Source: an uncultured Acidobacteriota bacterium
GTDB lineage: Bacteria > Acidobacteriota > Thermoanaerobaculia > Thermoanaerobaculales > Sulfomarinibacteraceae
Assembly (NCBI GenBank): GCA_963712805.1
Contig: CAVQJV010000062.1
Coordinates: 14,157 to 78,156 of the forward strand
Direction: 5' to 3'
Length of the DNA: 64,000 nucleotides
Shown here: positions 54,176-63,709 of the stretch, in pieces
Layout of the letters: each line of letters begins with the position of its first letter
Numbering within the stretch: position 1 is the first letter of the stretch
Program-made: the position numbers and the translations under genes
The notes under the pieces: model-generated
The model's database searches: none
Told to the model about the DNA's origin: nothing
Seen by the model: the letters and a program-made list of their open reading frames with translations, nothing else

Positions 54176-55935
54176 GCAGCAGCCTGACCGGGCTCGGGGT
54201 CAGCCCCGGGATCGCCATCGGCGAGCCGGTGGTTCACGAGACGCGCCCGATCGCGACCTTGCGGATCACCATTGCTTCGGACCAGGTCGAATCCGAAATC
54301 GACCGGTTCTCGATTGCGGTCACGACCACCGTCGACCGGATCTGGGAGAACCGGGAACGCGCCCGCATCCAGATGGGCGATGAATATGCGGGGATTTTCG
54401 AGGCGCACCAGCTCATCGCCACCGACCCGTCGTTTGTCGAACCGGTGAAGAAGATCATCCGGGAAGAACGGGTCAATGCCGAGTGGGCCACCGATCAAGT
54501 CGTCGGTGAGCTGGTTTCCCGATTTGAAGCGCTGCCCCACGCGGATCTCGCCGACCGAAAGCTCGATGTTCTCGACGTCGCGAGACAAATTCTCAACGCC
54601 TTGCACGGTCTCGATCTCGGACAGCTCGACCATCTCGACCGCGCGTCGATCCTCGTCGCGGATGACCTGCCGCCGTCCAAGGCCGTCCAGCTTCCCATGG
54701 ACAAAATCCTCGGATTCGCGCTCGAAACCGGCGGCCCGACAGCCCACACAACGATCATCGCTCGGTCGTTCGGAATTCCCGTCATCGTCGGCGCTCAAGG
54801 TCTTTGCGAGGCGGCGAGGAAATCGAGGCTGATCGCCCTTGACGCCTTCGAAGGTAAGATCGTCTTCGATCCGGAACCGGCGGTCGTCGCCGAGTATCGG
54901 AACCGGCAGACCGAGTACCAGGAGCAGCAGACCAAGCTCCTCGCCATGCGGGCGATGCCGTCGGTGACCCGCGACGGTCACGAAATCACCATCCTCGCGA
55001 ATATCGACCTGCCGAACGAGGTCGAACTGGCGCAACAGTGGAACGCGGCCGGTATCGGACTCTACCGGTCCGAGTTCCTCTACATGAAGATGAGCCCGAA
55101 CCTGCCGTCCGAGAAAGACCATATCGACGCCTATCGCGAAATCACCTCTCGAATCAGTCCCTATCCGGTGACCATTCGGACCTTCGATCTCGGCGGAAAG
55201 AAACTCGCGCGGGAGGTCATCGGTTCAACCGAAGCCAACCCGGTCCTCGGTCTGAGGGGGATTCGACTCTGTTTCTCCCAACCGGATTTCTTCAGGACCC
55301 AGCTGCGGGCCTTGGTTCGACTCGCGGGTGAGTTTCCACTCGGCCGGGTGCGGATCATGTTCCCGCTCATCAGCGGACTCGAGGAATTTCGGATCGCGCG
55401 GCTGCTGGTGCGAAAGATCACTGAGGAGATCCGCGCCGAAGGTCACCAGGTCCACGACAAGGTGCCGATCGGCGCCATGGTGGAGGTTCCGTCTGCGGCG
55501 GTCATGGCCCACGAACTCGCTCGTGAAGTGGACTTCATCTCCATCGGAACCAATGATCTCATTCAGTATTCGCTCGCCGTCGACCGGTCGAACGAACTTG
55601 TCGCTCATCTCTATCGGCCGACGAGCCCGGCCATTCTCCGGCTGATCTCCAAGGTGGTGGAGGCGGGAATCGCCGAGGGCATCCCGGTTTCGATGTGTGG
55701 AGAAATGGCCGCGGACCCCTTGATGGTGCCCGTGTTGCTCGGTATCGGTCTCACCCAATTCAGTATGAATCCTCAGGCGACGCCGGTCGTGCGCGCTCTG
55801 GTGAGACAATTGTCCTATCGGGAATCGGTCGAACTCGCGAGGCAGGCGTGCAAGATGGCGACGGCGCGTGATGTGGAGGAGTTTCTCTTGGAAAAGCTTG
55901 CGATTTCCCTCGCGAAGATCAAGATTCGGGTATAG
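54172..55935 (+). CDS. ptsI: PEP-protein phosphotransferase (Enzyme I)
   Basis: GGPTAHT.I.AR, GIGLYRSEF, IRTFDLG, NPVLGLRGIR, SIGTNDLIQY, MCGEMA. Confidence 0.96.
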   Translation: MSSSLTGLGVSPGIAIGEPVVHETRPIATLRITIASDQVESEIDRFSIAVTTTVDRIWENRERARIQMGDEYAGIFEAHQLIATDPSFVEPVKKIIREERVNAEWATDQVVGELVSRFEALPHADLADRKLDVLDVARQILNALHGLDLGQLDHLDRASILVADDLPPSKAVQLPMDKILGFALETGGPTAHTTIIARSFGIPVIVGAQGLCEAARKSRLIALDAFEGKIVFDPEPAVVAEYRNRQTEYQEQQTKLLAMRAMPSVTRDGHEITILANIDLPNEVELAQQWNAAGIGLYRSEFLYMKMSPNLPSEKDHIDAYREITSRISPYPVTIRTFDLGGKKLAREVIGSTEANPVLGLRGIRLCFSQPDFFRTQLRALVRLAGEFPLGRVRIMFPLISGLEEFRIARLLVRKITEEIRAEGHQVHDKVPIGAMVEVPSAAVMAHELAREVDFISIGTNDLIQYSLAVDRSNELVAHLYRPTSPAILRLISKVVEAGIAEGIPVSMCGEMAADPLMVPVLLGIGLTQFSMNPQATPVVRALVRQLSYRESVELARQACKMATARDVEEFLLEKLAISLAKIKIRV

Positions 55936-55944
55936 GAGACATCG

Positions 55945-56319
55945 GTGAAAGTCCACCTACAAGCGCGTGTTGTCGATAAACCCTGGGGACATGAAGAAGT
56001 CTTTGCCCAGACCCAGGACTATGTCGGCAAGATCCTATTCATCCGCCAGGGTGAGGCGCTGAGCCTGCAGTATCACGAGGTCAAGGAAGAAACCCTGCGA
56101 GTGCTCGATGGCGAACTCGAACTCGTCGTGGGAGCCGATGTCGACAGCCTCGAAACTCATCTCCTCGAAAAGGGAGCCGTTTTCCACGTGTCGCCGGGCA
56201 CGCTTCACCGAATGATCGCGGTGACGGATTGCAGCCTTCTCGAGGTCTCGACCAATCATCTCGATGATGTGGTCCGGCTCGAAGACCGCTACGGACGACG
56301 GGGAACCAACGCTCCCTGA
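55945..56319 (+). CDS. Cupin-domain protein (mannose-6-phosphate isomerase-like)
   Basis: KPWGHE, LSLQYH..KEET, PG.LHR, EVST...DDVVRLED.YGR. Confidence 0.85.
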   Translation: MKVHLQARVVDKPWGHEEVFAQTQDYVGKILFIRQGEALSLQYHEVKEETLRVLDGELELVVGADVDSLETHLLEKGAVFHVSPGTLHRMIAVTDCSLLEVSTNHLDDVVRLEDRYGRRGTNAP

Positions 56320-56345
56320 GTCGGAGATATGCTGGAGGTGCGCCG

Positions 56346-57023
56346 ATGAGAAAATATCTCGCTTCAAATCACCTGGGTGCAGCCATTCTGGTCGCCACCG
56401 TCGCGGCCTTTGCCGGGGCGAGCGAACCGACGAAAACGCCGACACCGAACACCGGTTCGGAAAAGACGCTGTCCGACGTCGCCGGTGGCATCGAGCTTGA
56501 CAAGAAGGCCGCGGGCGCATCAGAGTCCATCGTCATCAGCAATGAAAATCTGTCGACTCTCGCCGGTAAGGGTCACCTCACCGAGGTCACCAAATCGGGA
56601 CCCGCCCAGCCTGGTCGGGGTCTGGCCGATGTGACGGGCACCGGGGCCGGGGTCGAGGGTCAGAACCCGGAGTTCATCGAATCCCAGGAAAAGAAACAGT
56701 ATTGGCAGGCGATCTACGGCCAACAACTCTCGTTGGTGGAGGACATCCGCAAACAGATCGACATCCTCGACTACAACATCCCGGGACTCTGGCGGGATTT
56801 CTACTCCTGGGATGATCCCGCATACCGGGACGGCGTGATCAAACCGAAACTGGATGAAGCTCTGGCCCAGCGCCAAAAGCTCGAGGTCGATATGCAGAAG
56901 GCCGAAAGCAAACTGGACAAGATCGTCGTCGATTCACGGAAAGACGGCGGCCAGCCAGGTTGGTTCAGGAGTTTCAGCAAACCGCCGACCCCGAAACCGA
57001 CGGAAGGCATCATGCCTCGCTGA
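56346..57023 (+). CDS. Secreted hypothetical protein with a coiled-coil C-terminus
   Basis: GGAGG RBS, signal peptide, intact 225-aa ORF with host-like codon usage. Confidence 0.7.
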   Translation: MRKYLASNHLGAAILVATVAAFAGASEPTKTPTPNTGSEKTLSDVAGGIELDKKAAGASESIVISNENLSTLAGKGHLTEVTKSGPAQPGRGLADVTGTGAGVEGQNPEFIESQEKKQYWQAIYGQQLSLVEDIRKQIDILDYNIPGLWRDFYSWDDPAYRDGVIKPKLDEALAQRQKLEVDMQKAESKLDKIVVDSRKDGGQPGWFRSFSKPPTPKPTEGIMPR

Positions 57024-57157
57024 GCGTCCTCTGCCGTGATCGGCGAGGTTTGATCGAGGCCAACCCATGTCTGCACTGTCATTTGCAGATTCCAACTCGA
57101 CAGGATAAGATCCGCTGCCGTGGAACGTTGAACTTGTGAGTGAAAATCAATCTCAAT

Positions 57158-58492
57158 ATGAAAACATTCTTTATCGAAACCTGGGGCTGTCAGATGAATC
57201 AGCACGACAGCGAGCTGATCGAGGGACAGCTGCGTCAGCACGGGATGTCACCGGTGACGGCCGCCGACGAAGCCGATCTCGTCATTCTCAACACCTGTTC
57301 GGTGCGTGAAAAACCGGTACAGAAAATCATCAGCCGGATCGGATTTCTCGCAAAACAGCGGCCGGAGACGGTGATCGGCGTCTGCGGCTGTGTCGCCGAA
57401 CAGGAAGCAGGTTCGCTCCTCGATCGATCCAGCGCCGTCGGATTTGTCCTCGGTCCGGGTCAGACCGCACGGATCGGCGAGGCGGTGCGAGCGGTGGAGC
57501 AGGGGGAGCGTCCGGTCCTGACGGGTTTTGACGCCGAGGCCGAGTACAACTTCCACACGATATTTCGAAAAAGCACAACCCGTGGGATGGTCACGGTCAT
57601 CGAGGGCTGCAACGAGTTCTGCACTTTCTGCATCGTTCCCTACACCCGGGGACGAGAGGTGAGTCGCCCGCTCGGAGCCGTCGTTGAAGAGGTACGCTCC
57701 ATCGCCGGAGATGGAATCAAAGAGGTGGAACTGCTCGGACAGACCATCAACGCCTACAAATGCCCCGAGACCGGTGCGGGACTTGCCCGGTTGCTCGAGG
57801 CCGTCGCATCGGTGGAAGGCCTTTTGCGGGTGCGTTTCATCACCTCCCACCCACGTCACTTCGGCGACGACCTCATCGATGTCCTCGCCGCGAACCGCAA
57901 TGTCTTCCGTTATCTCCATCTCCCGATTCAATCCGGATCGGACGCCATCCTCAAAAAGATGCATCGCAATTACACCCGCGATGAATACCTGGCCCTGGTG
58001 GACAGGATTCGCGCGGCCGCGCCGGAAATCAATCTCTCCACCGATGTCATCGTCGGATTCCCGGGCGAAAGTGAATCCGATTTCGAGGACACCATGAGAG
58101 TGCTGACCGAGGTGCGTTTCGGCCAGGTCTACGCCTTCGGCTATTCGCCTCGTCCGAAGACTCCCGCCGCCAGGTACCGGCCGGAAGTCAGCGAAGAGAT
58201 CAAGAGCGCACGTCTGCAACGATTGTTCGCGGTCTCGAACCAGATCTCGTTGGAGCTCAACGAGGAACTGATCGGTCGCCTGGCGCAGGTGCTCATCGAC
58301 GGCGAGAGTCGGCGCAGCCCGGATCACTGGCAGGGAAGGGGAGAGGACAACCGGGTCGTCAACTTCCCCAAGAGCGGACTCGAGGATATCGGTGATGTCG
58401 TCGAAGTCGAAATCCACCGGGCCGGCCCGCACTCGCTGAAGGGGCGGATCGTCGGCGGCGAAAAGAGGTTGCCCTTGGTTTCCGCGGGGTGA
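57158..58492 (+). CDS. miaB: tRNA-2-methylthio-N6-dimethylallyladenosine synthase
   Basis: TWGCQMN..DSE, NTCSVRE, GCNEFCTFCIVPYTRG.E.SR, TSHP, TRAM domain. Confidence 0.96.
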   Translation: MKTFFIETWGCQMNQHDSELIEGQLRQHGMSPVTAADEADLVILNTCSVREKPVQKIISRIGFLAKQRPETVIGVCGCVAEQEAGSLLDRSSAVGFVLGPGQTARIGEAVRAVEQGERPVLTGFDAEAEYNFHTIFRKSTTRGMVTVIEGCNEFCTFCIVPYTRGREVSRPLGAVVEEVRSIAGDGIKEVELLGQTINAYKCPETGAGLARLLEAVASVEGLLRVRFITSHPRHFGDDLIDVLAANRNVFRYLHLPIQSGSDAILKKMHRNYTRDEYLALVDRIRAAAPEINLSTDVIVGFPGESESDFEDTMRVLTEVRFGQVYAFGYSPRPKTPAARYRPEVSEEIKSARLQRLFAVSNQISLELNEELIGRLAQVLIDGESRRSPDHWQGRGEDNRVVNFPKSGLEDIGDVVEVEIHRAGPHSLKGRIVGGEKRLPLVSAG

Positions 58493-58538
58493 CCACCGCC
58501 GGCTTGACTTCTCGGGTTCGCACGGACACATTGGAAGC

Positions 58539-59036
58539 ATGACAATCGAGAAAGACTCTGACCCGGTCAAGATGTCGGTTCGGGCGTTGGTCGTCGATCC
58601 GGCGACCAACAGCCCCGTCGTGATTCTCGGCAGGGAGGAGGACAACATCTACCTGCCGATCTGGATCGGTATCTGCGAGGCCAACGCCATCGCCATCAAT
58701 CTCGAGGGCGTCGAGGTTCCTCGCCCCATGACCCACGATCTCATCGGAAGCCTCATTCGGGATCTCGGTTTTTCCCTCGACCACGTCCTCATTCACAGTC
58801 TCGATGAGAGTGTGTTCCTGGCATCGGTTCATCTCAGCGGCAGCGATGGCGAAACCCGAGAAGTGGATGCCCGTCCTTCAGACGCCATTGCCCTTGCGCT
58901 CCGAGCCGATGCCGACGTTCTGGTCGCAAGGTCGGTATTCGAACGAGCTGTGGTCAGCGAAGCCACCCGGGAAGAGGCGGTGAAGGCGGTCCTCGAGCAG
59001 ATGCGCCCGGAGGATATGGGAGACTACGAAATGTAG
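58539..59036 (+). CDS. Bifunctional nuclease family protein (DUF151)
   Basis: LPIWIG..EA.AI, PRPMTHDL, DARPSDAIALALR. Confidence 0.92.
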   Translation: MTIEKDSDPVKMSVRALVVDPATNSPVVILGREEDNIYLPIWIGICEANAIAINLEGVEVPRPMTHDLIGSLIRDLGFSLDHVLIHSLDESVFLASVHLSGSDGETREVDARPSDAIALALRADADVLVARSVFERAVVSEATREEAVKAVLEQMRPEDMGDYEM

Positions 59037-59065
59037 TCGCAGAGTCCGATTGTGACCGAGATCGT

Positions 59066-59095
59066 TTGACACTCTGCAAGCCGCGCCCCTATGAT
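59066..59095 (+). promoter_or_regulatory. Sigma-70-type promoter for parAB
   Basis: TTGACA-18 bp-TATGAT. Confidence 0.55.
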
Positions 59096-59130
59096 TGTCG
59101 TCGCGGGTCCCAGGAGGCACATCCAAGTTC

Positions 59131-59889
59131 ATGATCGTTGCAATCACCAACCAGAAGGGCGGGGTGGGAAAGACCACAACAGCGGTCAACCTTGCCGCCG
59201 GATTAGCACAAAAAGGACTCTCGACGCTCCTGGTGGACACCGATCCCCAGGCCAACTCGACCATGTCCAATACCGATCTCAGGCAGGTCGAGGGCAACAT
59301 GTTCGATGTCCTCACCGGGCGGTTGGCTTTGGAGGAGATCATCATCCAGACCGGTCAGGAGAATCTGTGGATCGCACCCTCGCGGATCGCCATGGCCAAA
59401 CTCGAAGTCGCCATGGTGGGGGAGTTGGACTCGCCCTACCGGTTGAAGGACCGCCTCGACGAAGTCGCCGATCGATTCCAGGCCATCGTGATCGATACCC
59501 CGCCGACCCTGGGGCTGACCACGGTCAATGCTCTGGTTGCCGCGACCCACGTCATCATCCCGATTCAATCGTCGTACTTCGCCCTGGAGGGCACCGACGA
59601 TCTCCTCGACACCATCGACAAGATCAAGGCTCGTCCCAACACCGAGCTCAAGGTTCTCGGTGTTCTGATCACCATGTTCGACCGCCGAACGATTCTGGCC
59701 CGGCAGGTTGCCGAGGAAATTCAAGGTGTCTTCGGGGATCTCGTTTTCGACACCACCATCACCAAGTCGGTTCGGCTCGAGGAATCCCCGGCGCACCAGT
59801 GCAGCATCTTCGACCATGCACCGGATTCGAGTGGCGCCTACGAGTATTACCGTCTGTGCGAGGAGGTTCTCGAGCGTGTCGGACACTAG
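59131..59889 (+). CDS. parA: ParA/Soj family ATPase
   Basis: NQKGGVGKTTT, DTDPQAN, IDTPPTLG, VRLEESP. Confidence 0.92.
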   Translation: MIVAITNQKGGVGKTTTAVNLAAGLAQKGLSTLLVDTDPQANSTMSNTDLRQVEGNMFDVLTGRLALEEIIIQTGQENLWIAPSRIAMAKLEVAMVGELDSPYRLKDRLDEVADRFQAIVIDTPPTLGLTTVNALVAATHVIIPIQSSYFALEGTDDLLDTIDKIKARPNTELKVLGVLITMFDRRTILARQVAEEIQGVFGDLVFDTTITKSVRLEESPAHQCSIFDHAPDSSGAYEYYRLCEEVLERVGH

Positions 59890-60784
59890 TCGAAAGAACG
59901 TGGGGCTCCCGCCTCGACGCCGAATGCGCCACGATCGGCATTATGTCGATGAGCTCGTCACGCCACGTTCCGGTGACGGGTTCGGGGTGATGGTGCGGGT
60001 GACGCAGATTTCATCGAATCGTGATCAGCCCAGAACCAACCTCGGAGACCTCGCCGACCTGGTGGCCAGCATTCGCCGACACGGCGTGCTGGAGCCGCTG
60101 CTTGTCCGGCAGCGTTCTGATGGGGGACATGAGCTCATTTCAGGAGAACGTCGTTTTCACGCTGCGATGATGGCCGGTCTTGATGAGGTTCCGTGTGTCG
60201 AGCTCGAGATCAAGGACCAGGAAGCCCTCGAAATTGCCCTCATCGAGAATCTCCAACGCAAAGACCTGACTCCTTTTGAAGAGGCCGAAGGTTTCACAAC
60301 CCTCATCGATACATATAGTTACACTCATGAAGAAGTGGCGGCGGCTGTTGGACGCTCGCGGGTCACCGTCACCGAGACCCTCAAGCTCCTCGTGATTCCG
60401 CCCGAAGTTCGGAACGCATGTCGGCATGCCGACATCACGGCCAAGGGCATGCTCCTGGAAATTGCACGGGCGGGCGATGCCGATTCCATGTTGGCGCTGG
60501 TTCAGGAGATCGTCGAGGAGCGCCTCGACCGCGCCGAACTCCGCCGTCGTCGACAGGAGAAGCAGGAGCAGGCAACCGGGGAGAACGCATCGAGCTCGGC
60601 GCTGCGGCCATTCATCGTACGCTTCAAACCGTCTGATGCGCGTCCCTTCGGGGTTTCCCTGTCATTCCGCACCGAGTCGGAACCGGAACCCCGGGATGTG
60701 ATCGAGGCTCTGCGGAGTTTGATTCGTGAAATCGAATCGGGTTTGTCGCAAGAGAGCGAACCCTCCGGCTCCGACGAGAACTGA
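59876..60784 (+). CDS. parB: ParB/Spo0J family protein
   Basis: QPR, LVASI...GVLEPLLVR, GERR CTP-binding motif, ALIENLQR.DL...EEA, HTH. Confidence 0.9.
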   Translation: MSDTSRKNVGLPPRRRMRHDRHYVDELVTPRSGDGFGVMVRVTQISSNRDQPRTNLGDLADLVASIRRHGVLEPLLVRQRSDGGHELISGERRFHAAMMAGLDEVPCVELEIKDQEALEIALIENLQRKDLTPFEEAEGFTTLIDTYSYTHEEVAAAVGRSRVTVTETLKLLVIPPEVRNACRHADITAKGMLLEIARAGDADSMLALVQEIVEERLDRAELRRRRQEKQEQATGENASSSALRPFIVRFKPSDARPFGVSLSFRTESEPEPRDVIEALRSLIREIESGLSQESEPSGSDEN

Positions 60785-60844
60785 TTTCCTTTTTGAGGGC
60801 ATTTCGGTGGAGAAGTGTGTCCATCCTCGGTCTTTTCGGATTCA

Positions 60845-60872
60845 GGTTTACATAATATATCTTATCGGACAT
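60845..60872 (-). other. dif-like XerC/XerD recombination site
   Basis: Minus strand ATGTCCGATAA-GATATA-TTATGTAAACC has the 11-6-11 architecture; the right arm matches the E. coli XerD arm TTATGTTAAAT at 8/11 and the inner ATAA of the XerC arm is conserved; intergenic and AT-rich. Confidence 0.75.
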
Positions 60873-60891
60873 TGCATTCGAACAGTGGATC

Positions 60892-60930
60892 TGTGGAAAA
60901 GTGCTGACCTGTGGATAATCCTGCGGATAA
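60892..60930 (-). promoter_or_regulatory. Cluster of three co-oriented DnaA-box-like 9-mers
   Basis: TGTGGAAAA 60892-60900, TGTGGATAA 60910-60918 (perfect TTATCCACA on minus), TGCGGATAA 60922-60930. Confidence 0.65.
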
Positions 60931-60969
60931 CTCTGATGTAGACTGTCGGCTGGTTTTTGAGGGAGTCTT

Positions 60970-63423
60970 GTGAAGTCTTTCGGGCGTCTCGATCGATTCG
61001 CCATCCGTGAGGTGGCTCCACCCGCTCTGATGGGTTTACTGGTCTACACCTTCCTGCTGATGATGCGCCCGATTTTCGCCCTGGTTGAAATGGTTCTGGT
61101 CCGGGGCGTGGCTTGGGAAGCCGCATCGAGGGTCCTCGCGAACACCATTCCACATGTCCTGGTTTTGACGATTCCAATGAGTTTTCTCTTTGGCGTTCTC
61201 ATCGCCGTCGGCCGAATGAACTCGGACAACGAGATCATCGCGATGCAGGCTGCGGGAATCCCCTCGATCCGACTGCTCAGACCGATCATCATCATCGGGA
61301 TTTTCCTCACTCTGCTCAACGGTTGGATGTGCCTGATGGTGATTCCCCAATCCAATCGAAGCCTCAGGGAGATGAGGGTCGAGATCTTCGCCAATGCCAA
61401 AAACATCGGTCGAATCGAGGCCGGGGTCTTCTACGAGGAATTCCCGAATCTTCTGCTCTATGTCCGTGAAGTCGCCGATCGGGGCGGTCGCTGGCGAGGC
61501 GTGATGATCTTCGACTCGTCGGACCCCGTCGAACAGCGTTTAACCCTCGCGCGGCACGGCCGGATCGTCACGACCGAAACCGAAGCCTCCCCTGCTCATG
61601 TGTCCGGAACCGGTGTCGGATCCGAGCGGTGGATTCTTCTCGAAGATGTCGTCAACCACCAGTTCAGCCGGAGCGAACCCGAGTCCTATCGCTTCAGCCG
61701 CAGCGATCAGCAGATCGTTCGTCCCAGGGGATCCACAGGGAACAAGGGCGTTTCACGATATCAACTCAATATGCGCGAGAGACAGACGACCGACATCGTG
61801 AACTATCTCCGCGGCGGTTCGTTCGATGACGAGACCGTCAATGACGATCTCGAATCACCGGATCCGGAAAAGGAGTCACTCCAGAGACGGCTGGCGGTGA
61901 TCGAACTCAACCGTCGAGTTTCGATTCCTTTTGCCTGCGTGGTCTTCGCACTCCTTGCGGTGCCCCTCGGCGTCGGTTCGAGGTCCGGTGGTCGGGGTCG
62001 CGGGTTCATCGTCTCGATCGGGGTCATCCTCGCCTACTACATCATGAACAACAACGGTGAACTCCTCGCCGTCGAGGGTCGGATTCCGGCCTGGACGGGG
62101 GTGTGGATCGCCAATTTCGTGTTGGCTTGTTTTGCTCTCGTCCTCATTTTTCGGATGGGGCGATGGATGGGTGAACGGCAAAGACCCGAGGGTCCGATCG
62201 CACGTTGGATTCGGCGGTGGAAGATCAAACGGAGGGTTCGGGCGATCTCGGGACGAGCGGGGGCCGACGAGGAGGCGTTGTCGAGCGCCTACCCGGTGGG
62301 TCTCCAGCGGCGAAGGGTCTCCTCGGGTTTTCCAACGCTCCTCGATATCTACGTCATTCGTCGCCTCCTCGGGCCGTTCGCGATGGTCCTCGTGAGCACA
62401 TCGCTGCTCTACGTGGTCATCGATCTCACCGACAACGTCGATGACATGGCGAAGAATCACACGCCATTGGATGTCATCGTCGGCTACTACGTCAACCTCG
62501 TGCCCCAACTCATCATGGACATCATGCCGCTTGCGTTGATGATCTCGGTCCTGATTCTGCTGACCCTTCTCGAGCGCAAACAGGAGTTGACCGCCTTCAA
62601 GGCCGCCGGCATCTCGCTTTATCGCGTTGTGGTGCCGATTCTTTTGATCGCTTCCCTGGCGGCGAGCGCCATGTGGGTTCTGAGCGAATCGGTGGTGCCG
62701 AACTCGAACCGGAAGGCCAAGAAGTTACTGGACATCATCAAGGGGCGCGAAACCCCCCGATCGTATTCGGCAGGAGGTCGGCAGTGGCTCCTGTCGCGCG
62801 ACGACCTCAGCTTTTACAATTTTCTCCAGTTCGACGAATCGGATCAGTCCATGGTCCGGTTTACAAAACTCACCATTGACGAGGGCATGGAGCTCCGCCT
62901 TCATCTCTTCGCGCAACGCGTCACCTTCACAAATGGCGCATGGATCGCGCAGTCGGGCTGGTTCAGGCAGATCGAGCCCGACGGCACGGTGAAGTTCGAG
63001 ATGATCACCGGGCCCACCGAAGTGGGGATTCCCGAGAATCCGGAGTACTTTGCAGTCGAGCGGAGGGTGCCCGCGGAGATGTCGGTGAAGGAGCTGCGCG
63101 CCCATATCAACGAGCTCGTGGATTCGGGACACCGCCCGGCCCGGTTGACCGTGAGATGGCACCAGAAGCTCGCCTATCCCCTGTCGGCGTTTTTGATGGT
63201 TTTCCTCGCGTTGCCGTTTGGTCTCAACCGCGGCGGCCGCCGGGTGACGACCATGCAGGGGATCGCCCTCGCCCTGGTGCTCGGGATCATCTACTACGTC
63301 GCTGTGGCGTTCTTCGGTAAGCTCGGCGAGGCCGAGGTCCTGCCGGCGGTGATCGGCGCCTGGGCGCCCGCCATCCTCGCCACCCTCTTCGCCATCAACC
63401 GCCTCACCACTCTCCGCACCTGA
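60970..63423 (+). CDS. Fused LptF-LptG LPS export permease
   Basis: Two tandem YjgP/YjgQ halves, each starting LD.(F/Y)..R with 3 TM, a periplasmic beta domain and 3 TM; motifs SDNEIIAMQAAGI and QELTAFKAAGISL. Confidence 0.9.
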   Translation: MKSFGRLDRFAIREVAPPALMGLLVYTFLLMMRPIFALVEMVLVRGVAWEAASRVLANTIPHVLVLTIPMSFLFGVLIAVGRMNSDNEIIAMQAAGIPSIRLLRPIIIIGIFLTLLNGWMCLMVIPQSNRSLREMRVEIFANAKNIGRIEAGVFYEEFPNLLLYVREVADRGGRWRGVMIFDSSDPVEQRLTLARHGRIVTTETEASPAHVSGTGVGSERWILLEDVVNHQFSRSEPESYRFSRSDQQIVRPRGSTGNKGVSRYQLNMRERQTTDIVNYLRGGSFDDETVNDDLESPDPEKESLQRRLAVIELNRRVSIPFACVVFALLAVPLGVGSRSGGRGRGFIVSIGVILAYYIMNNNGELLAVEGRIPAWTGVWIANFVLACFALVLIFRMGRWMGERQRPEGPIARWIRRWKIKRRVRAISGRAGADEEALSSAYPVGLQRRRVSSGFPTLLDIYVIRRLLGPFAMVLVSTSLLYVVIDLTDNVDDMAKNHTPLDVIVGYYVNLVPQLIMDIMPLALMISVLILLTLLERKQELTAFKAAGISLYRVVVPILLIASLAASAMWVLSESVVPNSNRKAKKLLDIIKGRETPRSYSAGGRQWLLSRDDLSFYNFLQFDESDQSMVRFTKLTIDEGMELRLHLFAQRVTFTNGAWIAQSGWFRQIEPDGTVKFEMITGPTEVGIPENPEYFAVERRVPAEMSVKELRAHINELVDSGHRPARLTVRWHQKLAYPLSAFLMVFLALPFGLNRGGRRVTTMQGIALALVLGIIYYVAVAFFGKLGEAEVLPAVIGAWAPAILATLFAINRLTTLRT

Positions 63424-63504
63424 TCAGTACGCGGGGATAGAGGACCGATGGCGGCGGGACGATCGATGACTTCCGGTGTCGGGTGTCGATTCCGGTAGCG
63501 AGTG

Positions 63505-63709
63505 TGAACCGCCAGGGGCGCCAAGCGCGGACGCCAAGGGCGCGAAGGCCATCGCATTCCTGAGTTGGGCTCTGGCAACGCTGCAGTCGATGCCTTCGCC
63601 TCTCCTATCGTTTCAATACTCGATGGAACCCTGGGACGGTGCGATGGATCAACCATGCGATGTTCTTTGCGTGCTTTGTGATGGATGCCTTGGCGTACTT
63701 AGCGGTTCA
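63505..63709. mobile_element. MITE-like ~205-bp non-coding element with imperfect terminal inverted repeats
   Basis: Left end TGAACCGCCAGGGGCGCCAAG versus right-end reverse complement TGAACCGCTAAGTACGCCAAG (17/21); both ends continue as CGCNAAG 9-bp-period units. Confidence 0.5.

Noticed and set aside
59106-59121. parS-like site GGTCCCAGGAGGCACA upstream of parA
   Set aside because: Poor palindrome with many mismatches to the parS consensus; it contains the likely parA SD instead
60785-60969. Calling this gap oriC outright
   Set aside because: Only three boxes, no dnaA/dnaN nearby, no clear DUE or DnaA-trio run, and the AT-rich stretch is better explained as dif
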